From contig CAYJKV010000005.1 of NCBI GenBank assembly GCA_964371255.1, positions 13,816 to 77,815 of the forward strand: a stretch of DNA of 64,000 bases. Reading direction: 5' to 3'. The notes beneath the pieces were generated by a model that was not told the DNA's origin, did not search any database, and saw only the letters and a list, made by a program, of their open reading frames with translations. Every line of letters starts with the position of its first letter. Position 1 is the stretch's first letter. The position numbers were made by a program, and so were the translations under genes. The DNA comes from an uncultured Candidatus Saccharibacteria bacterium. GTDB lineage: Bacteria > Patescibacteriota > Andersenbacteria > UBA10190. Of this stretch, positions 38,081 through 49,006 are shown piece after piece.

Positions 38081-40063
38081 CTACAACAGCGGTGCGATAA
38101 TCAGCGCGACGATCGACATTAACTTGATCAATATGTTTAAGGCGGGACCGCTTGTATCTTTAAATGGATCACCAACCGTATCGCCTACTACCGCTGCCTT
38201 ATGCGTCGCTGATCCTTTGCCGCCGAGAGCTCCGGCTTCAATATATTTCTTGGCATTATCCCAAGCACCGCCTGAATTAGCCATCATTACGGCGAGCAAA
38301 AAACCTGTGACGATGCTGCCTGCCAGCACGCCGCCCAATGCCTCTGCGCCCAACGTAAACCCAATCACGACCGGTACAGCGATGGCTAACAGGCCTGGAA
38401 TTAACATTTCTCTTAAAGCCGCTTTAGTCGAAATATCCACACAGGCTTTATAGTCAGGCTTATTTTCTTTGGTCATGATTCCCGGAATTTCCTTGAACTG
38501 CCGCCTGACTTCTTCCACCATCTTAATTGCGGACTTGCCTACTGCCTGCATCGAAAAAGCGGAGAACAAAAAGGGCAGCATACCGCCGATAAATAATCCC
38601 GACATTACAGTTGGTGACAGCAAGTTTACTACTTCAATTTTAGCGACCGTCACGTAACTGACCATCAAAGCAATGGCTGTTAAGGCAGCTGATCCGATCG
38701 CAAACCCTTTACCAATAGCTGCCGTGGTATTACCCACTGCGTCCAGCGCTTCCGCTCGTTCCCTGGTCTCGGCTCCCATCCCTGCCATCTCAGCAATACC
38801 GGCCGCGTTATCAGCTACCGGACCGTAAGTATCAGAAGCTAATGTCATGCCTAAAGTCGAAAGCATCCCAACTGCCGCTACTGCGATACCATAAATACCA
38901 GCTATCTTGTATGACATTAATATTGCTACTACCACAATCACAACCGGCAACGCTGTTGAGAACATACCCAATGCCAAACCACTGATAATATTAGTAGCCG
39001 GTCCAGTCTGGGCTGCGTCCGCTACCCGGCGGACCGGTGCCCGGTCATGACTGGTGTAATATTCCGTCACTAGCCCGATCAAGACTCCGGCAATTAGACC
39101 AGTCACGACCGCCCAGAACAGAGACAATTCGCCAAACAAATTATCTGTCCACCACCACGCCCCCACAATCAATAAACCGGCCGACGTGAAAACGCCGCGA
39201 TTGAATGCCTGTTGTATTTTTTGCTCATTATTAGTCCGTACGAGTGCAATGCCTATCACACTAGCAATAATGCCTAGTGCCGCCACTCCCAGCGGGTAAA
39301 TCGCCCCCAGTGTTCCGTGTGTCGGCAGCGCCACTAAACCCAAAGCCATAGCGGCAATTAAGGTATCGACATAGCTTTCAAACAAATCGGCTCCCATGCC
39401 GGCCACATCCCCCACGTTATCGCCGACGTTATCGGCGATCACGGCTGGATTTCTGGGATCATCTTCCGGAATTCCTTGTTCTACCTTTCCAACCAAATCA
39501 GCTCCGACATCAGCTGCCTTAGTGTAAATACCTCCCCCGACGCGCGCGAACAAAGCTACCGCTGAAGCGCCAAAACCAAAACCATACACCATATTAGGAT
39601 CCTTAAATATCATCCATAGGATTACAACGCCCAGAAGCCCCAAGCTTACCACCGACAACCCCATGACAGAACCTGACGAAAAAGCGACTTTCAGTCCTTG
39701 TGCCAATCCTTTTTTGGCCGCTTCCGCTGTCCTGACATTGGCTAAAGTCGCCACCCGCATTCCGATATAACCGGTAATAACTGAGAAGATCGAACCCGTA
39801 ATAAAAGAAATTATAATTTGCGGTGCGATCGGTTGTTCTGTAAAAAATCTAGTTACCCACATTAGCAAGGCCACCGCCACTACTACCATTGCTAAAATCC
39901 TGTACTCACGATTTAGAAAAGCCATCGCTCCTTCTCTGATTGCCAGGGCGATACTGCTCGCTTCTTCGCTTTCCACCTTTTGCACCGATATCATCCAGGC
40001 CCGCCAGCCCGCGAAGATCAGTGCCACTATCGCTGCTCCGCCTATCCAAAATTCATATAACAT
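38081..40063 (-). CDS. hppA: Membrane-bound proton/sodium-translocating pyrophosphatase
   Basis: [53 protein letters not shown] are hallmark H+-PPase motifs. About 15 TM helices. Confidence 0.9.
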   Translation of the reverse strand: MLYEFWIGGAAIVALIFAGWRAWMISVQKVESEEASSIALAIREGAMAFLNREYRILAMVVVAVALLMWVTRFFTEQPIAPQIIISFITGSIFSVITGYIGMRVATLANVRTAEAAKKGLAQGLKVAFSSGSVMGLSVVSLGLLGVVILWMIFKDPNMVYGFGFGASAVALFARVGGGIYTKAADVGADLVGKVEQGIPEDDPRNPAVIADNVGDNVGDVAGMGADLFESYVDTLIAAMALGLVALPTHGTLGAIYPLGVAALGIIASVIGIALVRTNNEQKIQQAFNRGVFTSAGLLIVGAWWWTDNLFGELSLFWAVVTGLIAGVLIGLVTEYYTSHDRAPVRRVADAAQTGPATNIISGLALGMFSTALPVVIVVVAILMSYKIAGIYGIAVAAVGMLSTLGMTLASDTYGPVADNAAGIAEMAGMGAETRERAEALDAVGNTTAAIGKGFAIGSAALTAIALMVSYVTVAKIEVVNLLSPTVMSGLFIGGMLPFLFSAFSMQAVGKSAIKMVEEVRRQFKEIPGIMTKENKPDYKACVDISTKAALREMLIPGLLAIAVPVVIGFTLGAEALGGVLAGSIVTGFLLAVMMANSGGAWDNAKKYIEAGALGGKGSATHKAAVVGDTVGDPFKDTSGPALNILIKLMSIVALIIAPLL

Positions 40064-40318
40064 ATGACTCTATACGTTAAGTAATAAATAACAAATTAAT
40101 GTACATGATAATTTCTTTATAGTAAACCAACCACCTTGATTATGGAACGATCATTTATTTATCATATCCAATGATTATCTGCCCTCCGGCTTGCCGTCCA
40201 ATTCCAGAAAAAGGCTCATCCGCACCGTCTGCGTGCAGGGATTTTTCTGCTCACTCTCTATTACGCGGTTTCCTTCTTTATCGGCGCTTTAACCGTCTCA
40301 CCCTTTTCTCTTACCAGC

Positions 40319-41611
40319 CTACGCTTTCTCGTCGGTGGCCTCTGTCACTTCGTCACTAGCCTTTTTCTCAGTCAATACTGCTGGATCAGCCGCCGCCGTT
40401 TCCGTGCCATCGCCTACTGCCGGTTCGTTATCAACTGCCGCGGCTTCCTGCTCTTCCTCCTTCGCCACGTCACCTTTCTCTGTCTGGTCTGCGCTCTCTT
40501 CTTTTTTGTCGCTAGTTGCTCCTTCATCTGCTATTGCTTCCAATTCAACAGGTTCTTCTTCACCGGCCCGCACAATGTCGATTCTCCAGCCGGTTAACTT
40601 AGCGGCCAGTCGTACATTTTGACCTCGCTTACCGATCGCCAAACTCAACTGATGTTCTTCCACGTGTGCCACAGCGCGCTTTTCTTTCTCATAGACATCG
40701 ACTGCTACCACCCGTGCTGGCGACAAGGCGTTAGCAATGTATCGGGCCGGCTCCTCGTCCCATTGAATGATATCAATCTTTTCGCCAGATAATTCCGCAA
40801 TAATGGTTTGGATCCTAGTGCCCCGTTGTCCGATACACGCCCCGACCGGATCAATCCCTTCTTCTTTAGCCCAAACGGACACTTTTGATCGCTCCGATGC
40901 TTCCCGTGCAATTGCCTTAATATCAACGCTGCCGGCGAAAATTTCTGGTACTTCCAATTCAAATAAGCGGCGCAGCATACCGGGATGGCTACGCGATAAA
41001 ACAATTTCCGGTTCGCGGCTGGCGACATCCACCCGCACCACGAATACTCGGATTCTTTGGTTCGGCCGGTATCGTTCCCCTCGGACCTGCTCGTTGGACG
41101 GCAGCACTCCAGTCGTTCGGCCGATATCAACATAGACCGTGTCTCCCTCCACCCGCTGTACGATCCCTGAGATAATTTCGCCTTCCTTATCTTTAAATTC
41201 TTCAAACGTTGCGTCTCTCTCCGCTTCGCGAATTCGTTGAATAATCACTTGCTTGGCCGTCTGGGCCGCGACCCGGCCATAATGCGGATCTTCTGGAGTT
41301 ACATCCTCTACATACTCTTTGCCTGCTTCCGCCTCCTTGTCTTGCTCCTTCGCTTCCGTCAGCGCAATTTGAGCCGCGGCGTTTTCGATCGCGCCGTCTT
41401 CTACTACCGTCATCACTTTATACACCCTAGCCGACCCGTCCACCTCGTTAAACTCAGCCCGGACGTCCTGCCCTTTTTCACCATAATCTTTGCGGTAGGC
41501 CGCCGCTAAAGCCGCTTCAATTGTTTCTAATACTTTCTCTCGGCTAATACCCTTTTCTGCCACCAGCTGATCAATCGCCGAGCCAAAACTTACATTTTGT
41601 TCATCACTCAT
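40319..41611 (-). CDS. nusA: Transcription termination/antitermination factor NusA with an acidic C-terminal tail
   Basis: N-terminal domain, S1 domain (GEIISGIVQRVEGDTVYVDIG), tandem KH domains, and a Glu/Asp-rich tail. Confidence 0.9.
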   Translation of the reverse strand: MSDEQNVSFGSAIDQLVAEKGISREKVLETIEAALAAAYRKDYGEKGQDVRAEFNEVDGSARVYKVMTVVEDGAIENAAAQIALTEAKEQDKEAEAGKEYVEDVTPEDPHYGRVAAQTAKQVIIQRIREAERDATFEEFKDKEGEIISGIVQRVEGDTVYVDIGRTTGVLPSNEQVRGERYRPNQRIRVFVVRVDVASREPEIVLSRSHPGMLRRLFELEVPEIFAGSVDIKAIAREASERSKVSVWAKEEGIDPVGACIGQRGTRIQTIIAELSGEKIDIIQWDEEPARYIANALSPARVVAVDVYEKEKRAVAHVEEHQLSLAIGKRGQNVRLAAKLTGWRIDIVRAGEEEPVELEAIADEGATSDKKEESADQTEKGDVAKEEEQEAAAVDNEPAVGDGTETAAADPAVLTEKKASDEVTEATDEKA

Positions 41612-41831
41612 AACTCATTTATTTAATTGTTATTAAATTTTATCATCCGTTAAAAAACCGCGGGACTCACCGCGGTATCTGATGCCACCATAATACAAAA
41701 AAAAGACCCTCACTGTCAACTTTATCTATTACGCCTCCCCATCTCAATTTAAGAATCATTTACCGCAAATGTGCAGCTGTCTTGGTCCAAATAACAACAA
41801 TTATGCGCACTAGGTGCGTCATACCTTTTAT

Positions 41832-42245
41832 TTATGTGCCAAAAGCATCTTTAATATGCTCAATTTGCCACTTTTTATGCCCTTCGGGAATGACCGCCAC
41901 CACATCAAAACGCACATCACCCCACCAACCACTCTGCTGCAAATAAAACTTCGTCGCTTTAATTATCTTCACTTGTTTTTTATGATTAACCGTCTCAGTC
42001 GCTAATCCATACTCCGCTGATGCGCGCATGCGTACCTCCACTACTACCAGCGTTTCTCCGTCTTTCATGACTAAATCTAGTTCACCCCATCGGCAACCAA
42101 AATTTCGCGCCACAAATTTCATCCCCTGTGTTTGTAAATATAACCGCGCCTCTTCTTCACCCACACTCCCAGCTTTTTTTGGTTGTTGGCGTTCTTTTTT
42201 CTTTATTGGAAAAAACTTCATTCTGCGGCCAGTCCTTCTTCCCAT
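41832..42245 (-). CDS. YraN/UPF0102-family endonuclease-like protein
   Basis: EEEARLYLQTQGMKFVARNFGCRWGELDLVMKDGETLVVVEVRMR matches the YraN family core. Confidence 0.7.
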   Translation of the reverse strand: MGRRTGRRMKFFPIKKKERQQPKKAGSVGEEEARLYLQTQGMKFVARNFGCRWGELDLVMKDGETLVVVEVRMRASAEYGLATETVNHKKQVKIIKATKFYLQQSGWWGDVRFDVVAVIPEGHKKWQIEHIKDAFGT

Positions 42246-44944
42246 TTCTTCATCGGCGGACTGACTGCATCATCCACCCTGATGGCACTGCCTGCTAGCG
42301 GCCGCCATCCGTCGGAGACTGGCCATACAATTTTTCTTAGGTCAATCAGCACCACCGTGGTCAACGCCAGCCCGATAATGATATACCAGTCGCGTAATGA
42401 CAGTGGCACAGTATCAAAGATAAGTTGCATCTTTGGCACGTAAATCGCCAGTAAATGCAAGCTGGCTGATACCGCCATGGAGATTAATACCCATTTATTT
42501 CCCCATATTCCTCGTTTCCAGATAGACTCTTTTAGCGACCGAAAGCTCCACACCGACAACAAGGACACAAACGAAATAAATGTGAAGGACATGGTTCGGA
42601 CATATATCAAATTCTGTGAGATATCTCGGAGCAAGTAAACGTACAAACCCATCGTCATAGCCGTGACGACTGCTCCTGGCACCGCAATATGATAAAGCAT
42701 CTCGCGGTTAAGCAAAGCGGCATCAGGTTCTGTTGGTTTGCGTTTCATGACATCACGCTCCTTAGGTTCCAGCGACAAAGCAATGTCTGCCGTACCATCA
42801 GTCACCAGGTTCACCCACAATATCTGAGCCGGTAAAAGAGGCAATGGCATGCCCAACATCAAACTGACAAAAAAGATCGCTACCTCCGCGGCGTTCGTGG
42901 CCAGCAAAAAAGCCAAAACCTTCTTGATGTTGTCCCGCAGTATTCGTCCCTCTTTGATCGCTTCCACAATGGTCTCAAACCGATCGTCCAGTAGCACCAG
43001 ATCAGATGCTTCCTTGGCAATATCTTTACCGCTTCCCATTGCCACGCCGATATCAGCGCTCTTTAATGCGACCGCGTCATTGACCCCGTCACCTGTCATC
43101 GCCACCACATGCCCTTGTCGTTGTAAGGCCTTTATCACCCGCTGTTTATCGATAGGCGTAGCCCGGGCGATCACCGTCGTATTGTTAAGCACATCCATTA
43201 ATTCGTTGTCCGTCATTTTTTGTACATCGTCGCTTGTCAGCAGCGTGTCATCCGTCTCCATAATGCCTACTTCCCTCGCTACGGATTTCGCCGTTTCAAA
43301 ATGGTCTCCAGTAATTAAAATAACTTTGATCCCCGCTCTTCGGGCTTGCTGAATAACGGCCCCAACGCCTTCACGGGCGTCGTCATTAATAACTAATACT
43401 CCTAAAAACAAAAGTTCATTAATATCATCGTGATCGATATCTGTCTCCAGTACATTTCTCTTCACCCCGATGCCTAGCAGTCTCTTGCCTGTCGCTGCCA
43501 TATTCTCTACCTCCTGCTGAATCTCAAATCTGTCTTTATCTCGTATCTCCGTCACTTCACCGCTCGGCGCGATCCATGTGTTAGCCCTGGCCAAGATCGT
43601 TTCTGGCGCGCCGTTAACAAATAAATAACGCACTGGTTGACTGGGATGATCATTTAAAGTGGCGCGATATTTCCATTGCCTGTTAAAACTAATTTCATCT
43701 CTCTGCCGCCACAGTTTGCGGGCATCCTCCTGTTTTACTCCGCCTTTTTCTGCAAACTCTAACGCTGCCCTTTCCGTTGCTGATCCGATATACCTGATTA
43801 TTTTATCGTCCAAAGCCGCGCGATGGGCATCACTGGCCAGCGTTAAGCTGATCAATGCCAGATGATACCACGGATTATTGTCCTTTGTATCACTAATTAC
43901 CGCGTTGCCGTTCAATAACGCTATCTTAGAGGCCGTCATATTCCCATGAGTAATAGTGCCTGTCTTGTCGGTGCAAATTACCGTGGCTGATCCTAGGGTT
44001 TCTGCCGCGCTAAGCTCACGCACAACTCCTTGGTGGCGTAAAATTTTTGTGACTCCGACCGTTAACGCGATTGTTAAAATCATTGTCAGGTCCTCTGGTA
44101 CGGCACTAACTATTAATGTAATCGCCGTTACTATGGTCTCGAGCCAACCTTGCCCGGCCGCCACCCCAGCCACCATTAACACTGCGATCGCTGCTATTAC
44201 ACTCACACCGATCTGTATCCCGGTGCGGTTCAGTTGTCTGCTCAATAAGGATTTAGGCGACTTGCTGACTTTTAATACCTGGGCAATCTTACCAATTTCT
44301 GTCACTACTCCAGTGGCCGTTACAATCGCCAAGCCCGACCCGTCAGTCACTAATGTCCCCATATATAACATATTTTTTCGGTTGCTCACCGGCGTTCGTT
44401 TTTTTAGCACCAAAGCGTCTTTCTCGTTATCGTCTGATTCACCTGTCAAAGAAGCTTCCTGTGCTTTCAAGCCTCGAGTTTCAAATATCCTGGCATCAGC
44501 CGGCACTCGTTCCCCGGCTCGGACCTCAATTATATCTCCCGGTACCAATTTAGCGGCATCAATTTTTTTTATACTGCCTTCCCGTAAGACTATGGCTGTT
44601 GGCTGCAGCTGTTCTCGTAATTTTCTTAATGTATTCTCGGTTCGTAAAACCTGTGTGAAACTAAGTGTGGCATCAATCAAAATTACTATTCCGATTAACA
44701 GCGCGTCGCCATATCGGCCCAACACTAATGATGCAGCTGTACCTAACACCAACACCACTACCAACAAATCCCTGAATCTATCCAAAAATAACCAGACGTA
44801 AGATCGCTTGTTATCTGATGGTATGAAATTTTCACCGTATTTCTCCTGCCTCTTTTTCACTTCCTGCGTCGACAAGCCGCGGCTTTTCTCCACCATCAAC
44901 TCGCGTTCAATCTCGTACACTTGTTTTAAATGCCACTCATTCAT
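42218..44944 (-). CDS. Cation-transporting P-type ATPase (type IIA/IIB, Ca2+-ATPase-like)
   Basis: DKTGTIT phosphorylation motif. TGDHFETA and GDGVNDAVALKSADIGVAMG hinge motifs. 10 TM. Confidence 0.9.
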   Translation of the reverse strand: MNEWHLKQVYEIERELMVEKSRGLSTQEVKKRQEKYGENFIPSDNKRSYVWLFLDRFRDLLVVVLVLGTAASLVLGRYGDALLIGIVILIDATLSFTQVLRTENTLRKLREQLQPTAIVLREGSIKKIDAAKLVPGDIIEVRAGERVPADARIFETRGLKAQEASLTGESDDNEKDALVLKKRTPVSNRKNMLYMGTLVTDGSGLAIVTATGVVTEIGKIAQVLKVSKSPKSLLSRQLNRTGIQIGVSVIAAIAVLMVAGVAAGQGWLETIVTAITLIVSAVPEDLTMILTIALTVGVTKILRHQGVVRELSAAETLGSATVICTDKTGTITHGNMTASKIALLNGNAVISDTKDNNPWYHLALISLTLASDAHRAALDDKIIRYIGSATERAALEFAEKGGVKQEDARKLWRQRDEISFNRQWKYRATLNDHPSQPVRYLFVNGAPETILARANTWIAPSGEVTEIRDKDRFEIQQEVENMAATGKRLLGIGVKRNVLETDIDHDDINELLFLGVLVINDDAREGVGAVIQQARRAGIKVILITGDHFETAKSVAREVGIMETDDTLLTSDDVQKMTDNELMDVLNNTTVIARATPIDKQRVIKALQRQGHVVAMTGDGVNDAVALKSADIGVAMGSGKDIAKEASDLVLLDDRFETIVEAIKEGRILRDNIKKVLAFLLATNAAEVAIFFVSLMLGMPLPLLPAQILWVNLVTDGTADIALSLEPKERDVMKRKPTEPDAALLNREMLYHIAVPGAVVTAMTMGLYVYLLRDISQNLIYVRTMSFTFISFVSLLSVWSFRSLKESIWKRGIWGNKWVLISMAVSASLHLLAIYVPKMQLIFDTVPLSLRDWYIIIGLALTTVVLIDLRKIVWPVSDGWRPLAGSAIRVDDAVSPPMKKWEEGLAAE

Positions 44945-44953
44945 ATATATCCA

Positions 44954-45964
44954 TTATACATATTTTAACCGATATGTTCCGCTTACCTTGATTATGCTTA
45001 CCGCTATTATTAGGTACACAAGGGCTGCCAGCTTTGTGATGAAAAAATGATCAAGCAGAATAACTGGCACTAAAGCAGCCAATATTGTCATTGACGTTCT
45101 GCCTAAAGTCATCAGCATCCACAGTAAAATTCCAATAATTATCAAACTTCCGCTAATCGCTCCAATCTGCGATAAAATCATTAATGGAACTGAGTGTGCG
45201 TAATCAATCTCCCAGGGCTGATATGAAATATGTTCTGCATCCAAATAACTTCTCAGTTCCATTTTGTAGTTACGTACACCAAGGCCAGTCCAATCATTGT
45301 GTAATTTTATAATTTGTACACTCCACTCATATCCTCTTAATCTCTCCGGTTTAGCCAAATCGCGACTATCATTCAATCGTTGTGACAACAGGGGCCATAG
45401 AACGATCATGAATAAAACAATTATGTTTATTGATAAATAACGACGGTTGCTATTGTCCATCGCAAAAATACCTGATGCTAATAATATCCATCCCAATATT
45501 GCTGCGCGCGAAAAAGCCATACACAAACCAAAACCTAAAGTAAATACAATGATAACGAAAATTATCTTCGCGCCTCTTTCGCCCCAAAGGCGCTCTGTCA
45601 TAATTAATGCTAATAAACACAGGCCCCCTAAAATATTAGCGTGTTCAAATGGTCCATAGCCCCGCACAATTCCATTCCCGAATTTTGCCACGCCGCTCAT
45701 TGAACTGTTAATTACGGATTCCCCAATTAGCCTCAATCCCAAATCATGCTGCAATACAAATTGGGCTACACCCCATTGGGCAAAAATGCATATTATTAAT
45801 ATCATGATCCACCCCAAAACAATCTTCTCTTTCTTGTCCACGAAAGCGACGCTTGCCAGCACTGCGATGACTAATATCAATTTAGCCGCATAATTATCAA
45901 CAAATCCCAAACCAAACATTGCTAAGCCTCCAGTAATAACTAACCACATGTGTTGATAGCTCAT
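44954..45964 (-). CDS. O-antigen ligase-like polytopic membrane protein
   Basis: About 10 TM helices, with a Wzy_C-like loop (AFSRAAILGW, PFEHANILGG). Confidence 0.55.
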   Translation of the reverse strand: MSYQHMWLVITGGLAMFGLGFVDNYAAKLILVIAVLASVAFVDKKEKIVLGWIMILIICIFAQWGVAQFVLQHDLGLRLIGESVINSSMSGVAKFGNGIVRGYGPFEHANILGGLCLLALIMTERLWGERGAKIIFVIIVFTLGFGLCMAFSRAAILGWILLASGIFAMDNSNRRYLSINIIVLFMIVLWPLLSQRLNDSRDLAKPERLRGYEWSVQIIKLHNDWTGLGVRNYKMELRSYLDAEHISYQPWEIDYAHSVPLMILSQIGAISGSLIIIGILLWMLMTLGRTSMTILAALVPVILLDHFFITKLAALVYLIIAVSIIKVSGTYRLKYV

Positions 45965-46030
45965 ATAAACTCCTAATGATTATTGTTGTTTAATTTTACT
46001 GTTTTGTATAATGTGCCTATAATACTGTTT

Positions 46031-46104
46031 CGGGCCCATAGCTCAGTTGGCTAGAGCGTTCGCATGGCATGCGAAAGGTCGGGAGTTCGAGTCTCCCTGG
46101 GTCC
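46031..46104 (+). tRNA. tRNA-Ala (anticodon GGC), G3:U70 present
   Basis: GGGCCCATAGCTCAGTTGGCTAGAGCGTTCGCATGGCATGCGAAAGGTCGGGAGTTCGAGTCTCCCTGGGTCCA. Confidence 0.85.
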
Positions 46105-46269
46105 ACGATTCAACAGAGTGCCTCATGGCACCCCACATGCCTGGTCCGCTCGCCCTATTTGTTACACACTCCACCGCGACCTTGCTTAGTAGTCAGAACT
46201 TTCCATATCAATTTATATAGATTAATCGTTGATGAGATTGTATATACGGTGTAAAATCTGAAATGACTT

Positions 46270-46341
46270 GGGCCAGTAGCTCAGTGGTAGAGCGCTACAT
46301 TCGCATTGTAGAAGTCAGGGGTTCGAGTCCCCTCTGGTCCA
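46270..46341 (+). tRNA. tRNA-Ala (anticodon CGC), G3:U70 present
   Basis: GGGCCAGTAGCTCAGTGGTAGAGCGCTACATTCGCATTGTAGAAGTCAGGGGTTCGAGTCCCCTCTGGTCCA. Confidence 0.85.
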
Positions 46342-46397
46342 CAGTTAGATTCAGTACTCTTACCAATCTCATAGTCAATCAATTTTGGAGCGTCGCT

Positions 46398-46604
46398 ATG
46401 GCTAAAGAATCGGTTCCATCATACAAAACCGCAGACGAACTGATGCAGGGCGCAGAGAAATCAACTCTGTTACAAGATGTACGCAAACAGATTGCAGAAG
46501 AAAGTGCATTAGATCTGAGCGATTCAGACGTAGTTTATGAGTTGGAAGGTTGGAGTTTGATCGCCAATAAAATTGTCGGGCATGAAGATGAACCAACGCT
46601 ATAG
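46398..46604 (+). CDS. Small hypothetical protein (68 aa) between tRNA genes
   Basis: The track ORF 46263-46604 overlaps the tRNA, so it was trimmed to the internal ATG at 46398 (MAKESVPSYK...). Confidence 0.3.
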   Translation: MAKESVPSYKTADELMQGAEKSTLLQDVRKQIAEESALDLSDSDVVYELEGWSLIANKIVGHEDEPTL

Positions 46605-46784
46605 CCAGCTGTCTCAGACCTCAGGCATGTCTATGCACGATCCACTTTCAAAATTCTTCAATACCTTATCGCTCAACAGTGTTGAAACTTGAGGGCTATG
46701 GGGTTTTTTTTGGATCAGTAATATATCTGTACGATCAAAACCATTATTGTGTCATAATTAACTTACTGCTATTTTATTTCCAAT

Positions 46785-46856
46785 CGGGGATTAGCGCAGT
46801 GGTAGCGCGCAGCGTTCGGGACGCTGAGGCCGCGAGTTCGAATCTCGCATCCCCGA
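46785..46856 (+). tRNA. tRNA-Pro (anticodon CGG), C1:G72
   Basis: CGGGGATTAGCGCAGTGGTAGCGCGCAGCGTTCGGGACGCTGAGGCCGCGAGTTCGAATCTCGCATCCCCGA. Confidence 0.85.
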
Positions 46857-47036
46857 CAAATCTCAACATGTTTTATTGGGTGTCAAACCAAAAATAAACT
46901 TTTCATTGGTGAAATCGTATAGTCGATCAGCCCAGTATCATTGATTACAGGTACGCCAAACCACAAAATAATATCCTGATTCCAACCCATGGAGTCAAGA
47001 TTATAATAAGTCGTATGACGTAGAACGACCGGCCGA

Positions 47037-48164
47037 TTATTTTAAAGTCAATCCTAATCGATGCTCTTTTGGCTGAAGAGAAATAATTTTGAATTTAATT
47101 TTCTTGCCAACCTCTAAGACACTAGTTGGGTCAGTCGCAAATTCGGGGGGTAACTCTGATACATGGACCAGTCCATGAATGTCGTTATCAAGTTTAATAA
47201 AACCTCCAAACGGTGTTACCTTAATAACTTCACCTTTAACTTCGTCACCTACTTTATATCTATCCTCAACCTTGCTCCACGGATCATCCTGTAATTGCTT
47301 GATCGATAGCGAAATTCGTAATCCATCAACACCAATAACTCGAGCCTTAATCATTTCACCTACACTCACAATATCACCGGGATTATCAATGCGTTGCCAG
47401 GCTAATTCTGAGATATGTACTAGCCCCTCCAATTCGCTATCACCTTTGTTGAACTTAATAAATATTCCAAATTCAACTATGCCGCTTACCATACCTTCAA
47501 CAATGTCCCCCTCATTAATATCTTTCAATATATGACTCATCTCATCACCAATCGCTGCTTTTTCTGATACTATTAATTTTTCTGAATCACGTTCTGCGCC
47601 AATAATTTTCACTTTAAACTTTTCTCCAACGTAGCTTTTCAATCGTTCGAGAATTTTATTTTTATCCCCGCCTTCCACGCGAGGATAATGATCAGGCGCC
47701 AATTGTGAAACAGGTAGGAAACCTGTGACACCCTGAATCCTAACAATTAACCCTCCCTTATTGGCGTCCAAAATTTCAACCTCTAATATATTGCCAGATT
47801 CCAGCACAGATTTAATCTCGCTCCAGCTCTGCTCAATAGAGATAGACCGCAGCGACAACTCTATCAGTTCATCCTCATTATCAATACTTTGTACCGTTGC
47901 GTTCAGTTGATCACCAAGTTTGGTCTCGCGGAACTTTTCACTGTCTTCCAGCAGCTCACGGCCATAAATAACACCCACACCAAGGTGCCCCAAATCGAGA
48001 TATAAGGCATTACGTGCCTTATCGATTACCTGCCCAGTCACAATTTCCCCGACTTTTGGGACGTTGAGCATGTCTTCTCGTTGTTCTACGATTGATTTCA
48101 TTGCCTCACTCATAGCGCATATAATGCCATATCCATTCCATTGGTGCAAATTTATTTTTCTCAT
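47037..48164 (-). CDS. rpsA: 30S ribosomal protein S1 (four S1 domains)
   Basis: Four repeated S1/OB units (G.IV.G.V........G.....G..H.SE). The exact start is uncertain (48164 or 48113). Confidence 0.8.
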   Translation of the reverse strand: MRKINLHQWNGYGIICAMSEAMKSIVEQREDMLNVPKVGEIVTGQVIDKARNALYLDLGHLGVGVIYGRELLEDSEKFRETKLGDQLNATVQSIDNEDELIELSLRSISIEQSWSEIKSVLESGNILEVEILDANKGGLIVRIQGVTGFLPVSQLAPDHYPRVEGGDKNKILERLKSYVGEKFKVKIIGAERDSEKLIVSEKAAIGDEMSHILKDINEGDIVEGMVSGIVEFGIFIKFNKGDSELEGLVHISELAWQRIDNPGDIVSVGEMIKARVIGVDGLRISLSIKQLQDDPWSKVEDRYKVGDEVKGEVIKVTPFGGFIKLDNDIHGLVHVSELPPEFATDPTSVLEVGKKIKFKIISLQPKEHRLGLTLK

Positions 48165-48297
48165 TCTTAAAATTCATAGTAAGGCACAAACAGTCACCTT
48201 AAATTCCTTCATTATCAAGCAGTGACTAAACAAATATTTCCTAGTTTTACGACAAAAAAGATTGGATTAGTTATGAATTTTCATGTAGTATTTTTCC

Positions 48298-48930
48298 ATG
48301 ACTATCACCTGGGCCGGACACTATGCGGTAAAGCTATTCAACAGCTCTACCACTATTATTATCAACCCCTACTCACCAACTATTGGTCTGCCCCCATTTC
48401 GTTCCAAAGCTAACTTTGTTTTTCTGACAAATCCTACTGACCCAACCATGTCTCATCTTAATGGTATACAAGGTGACTATATTAATATTAATGTTGCCGG
48501 TGAATATTCCTTCGAAAATTTAACTGCCTACGGTATCGGTTGGTTTGCAGAAGCATCCAGCACTGAACAAATAATTTATCGGATAATATTTGATGATCTT
48601 TCCATTCTTTACCTGGGGTCACTAAGCAAGAAACTTAATCAGGCTGAGCTTCAGCTTATAGAACAATCGGACACAGATGTACTCATCGTTCCAATTGGAG
48701 GTTCCACTAGCATTGATACAGCGGCGGCTATCGACCTCGTTTCCACTATCGAGCCCAATGTTGTTATTCCTATCAATTACTTAATTCCCAAACTGAACCA
48801 CAAAGTAGATCCTGTGACTAAGTTTGCTAATGAGATGGGAGTCAGTCCAAAATCAGACTTAAAAAAGATCACGCTTTCTTCCAGCAAGATTGATCGTGAA
48901 AACATCACTACCATTATTCTCAACCCCTAG
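48298..48930 (+). CDS. MBL-fold metal-dependent hydrolase (Lactamase_B_3-like, short form)
   Basis: N-terminus MTITWAGHYAV..L resembles the ItwlGHss start of this family. 210 aa. Confidence 0.55.
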   Translation: MTITWAGHYAVKLFNSSTTIIINPYSPTIGLPPFRSKANFVFLTNPTDPTMSHLNGIQGDYININVAGEYSFENLTAYGIGWFAEASSTEQIIYRIIFDDLSILYLGSLSKKLNQAELQLIEQSDTDVLIVPIGGSTSIDTAAAIDLVSTIEPNVVIPINYLIPKLNHKVDPVTKFANEMGVSPKSDLKKITLSSSKIDRENITTIILNP

Positions 48931-49006
48931 CATATTTCCATCTGAGATTTTATTACGATTCCATCTATATAATAACCAACCACCAACCCAACACTAAAGT
49001 CAAAAC

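Noticed and set aside
43956-44801. 281-aa + strand ORF inside the P-type ATPase gene (and similar antisense ORFs at 42849-43352, 36547-37113, 31739-32290)
   Set aside because: Antisense to strongly supported genes. Ala/Ser/Pro-rich translations typical of the opposite strand of GC-rich genes.
46263-46604. Track ORF of 113 aa starting at 46263
   Set aside because: Its first 80 nt are the tRNA-Ala(CGC) gene itself. It was trimmed to the internal ATG at 46398, and even that call is low confidence.
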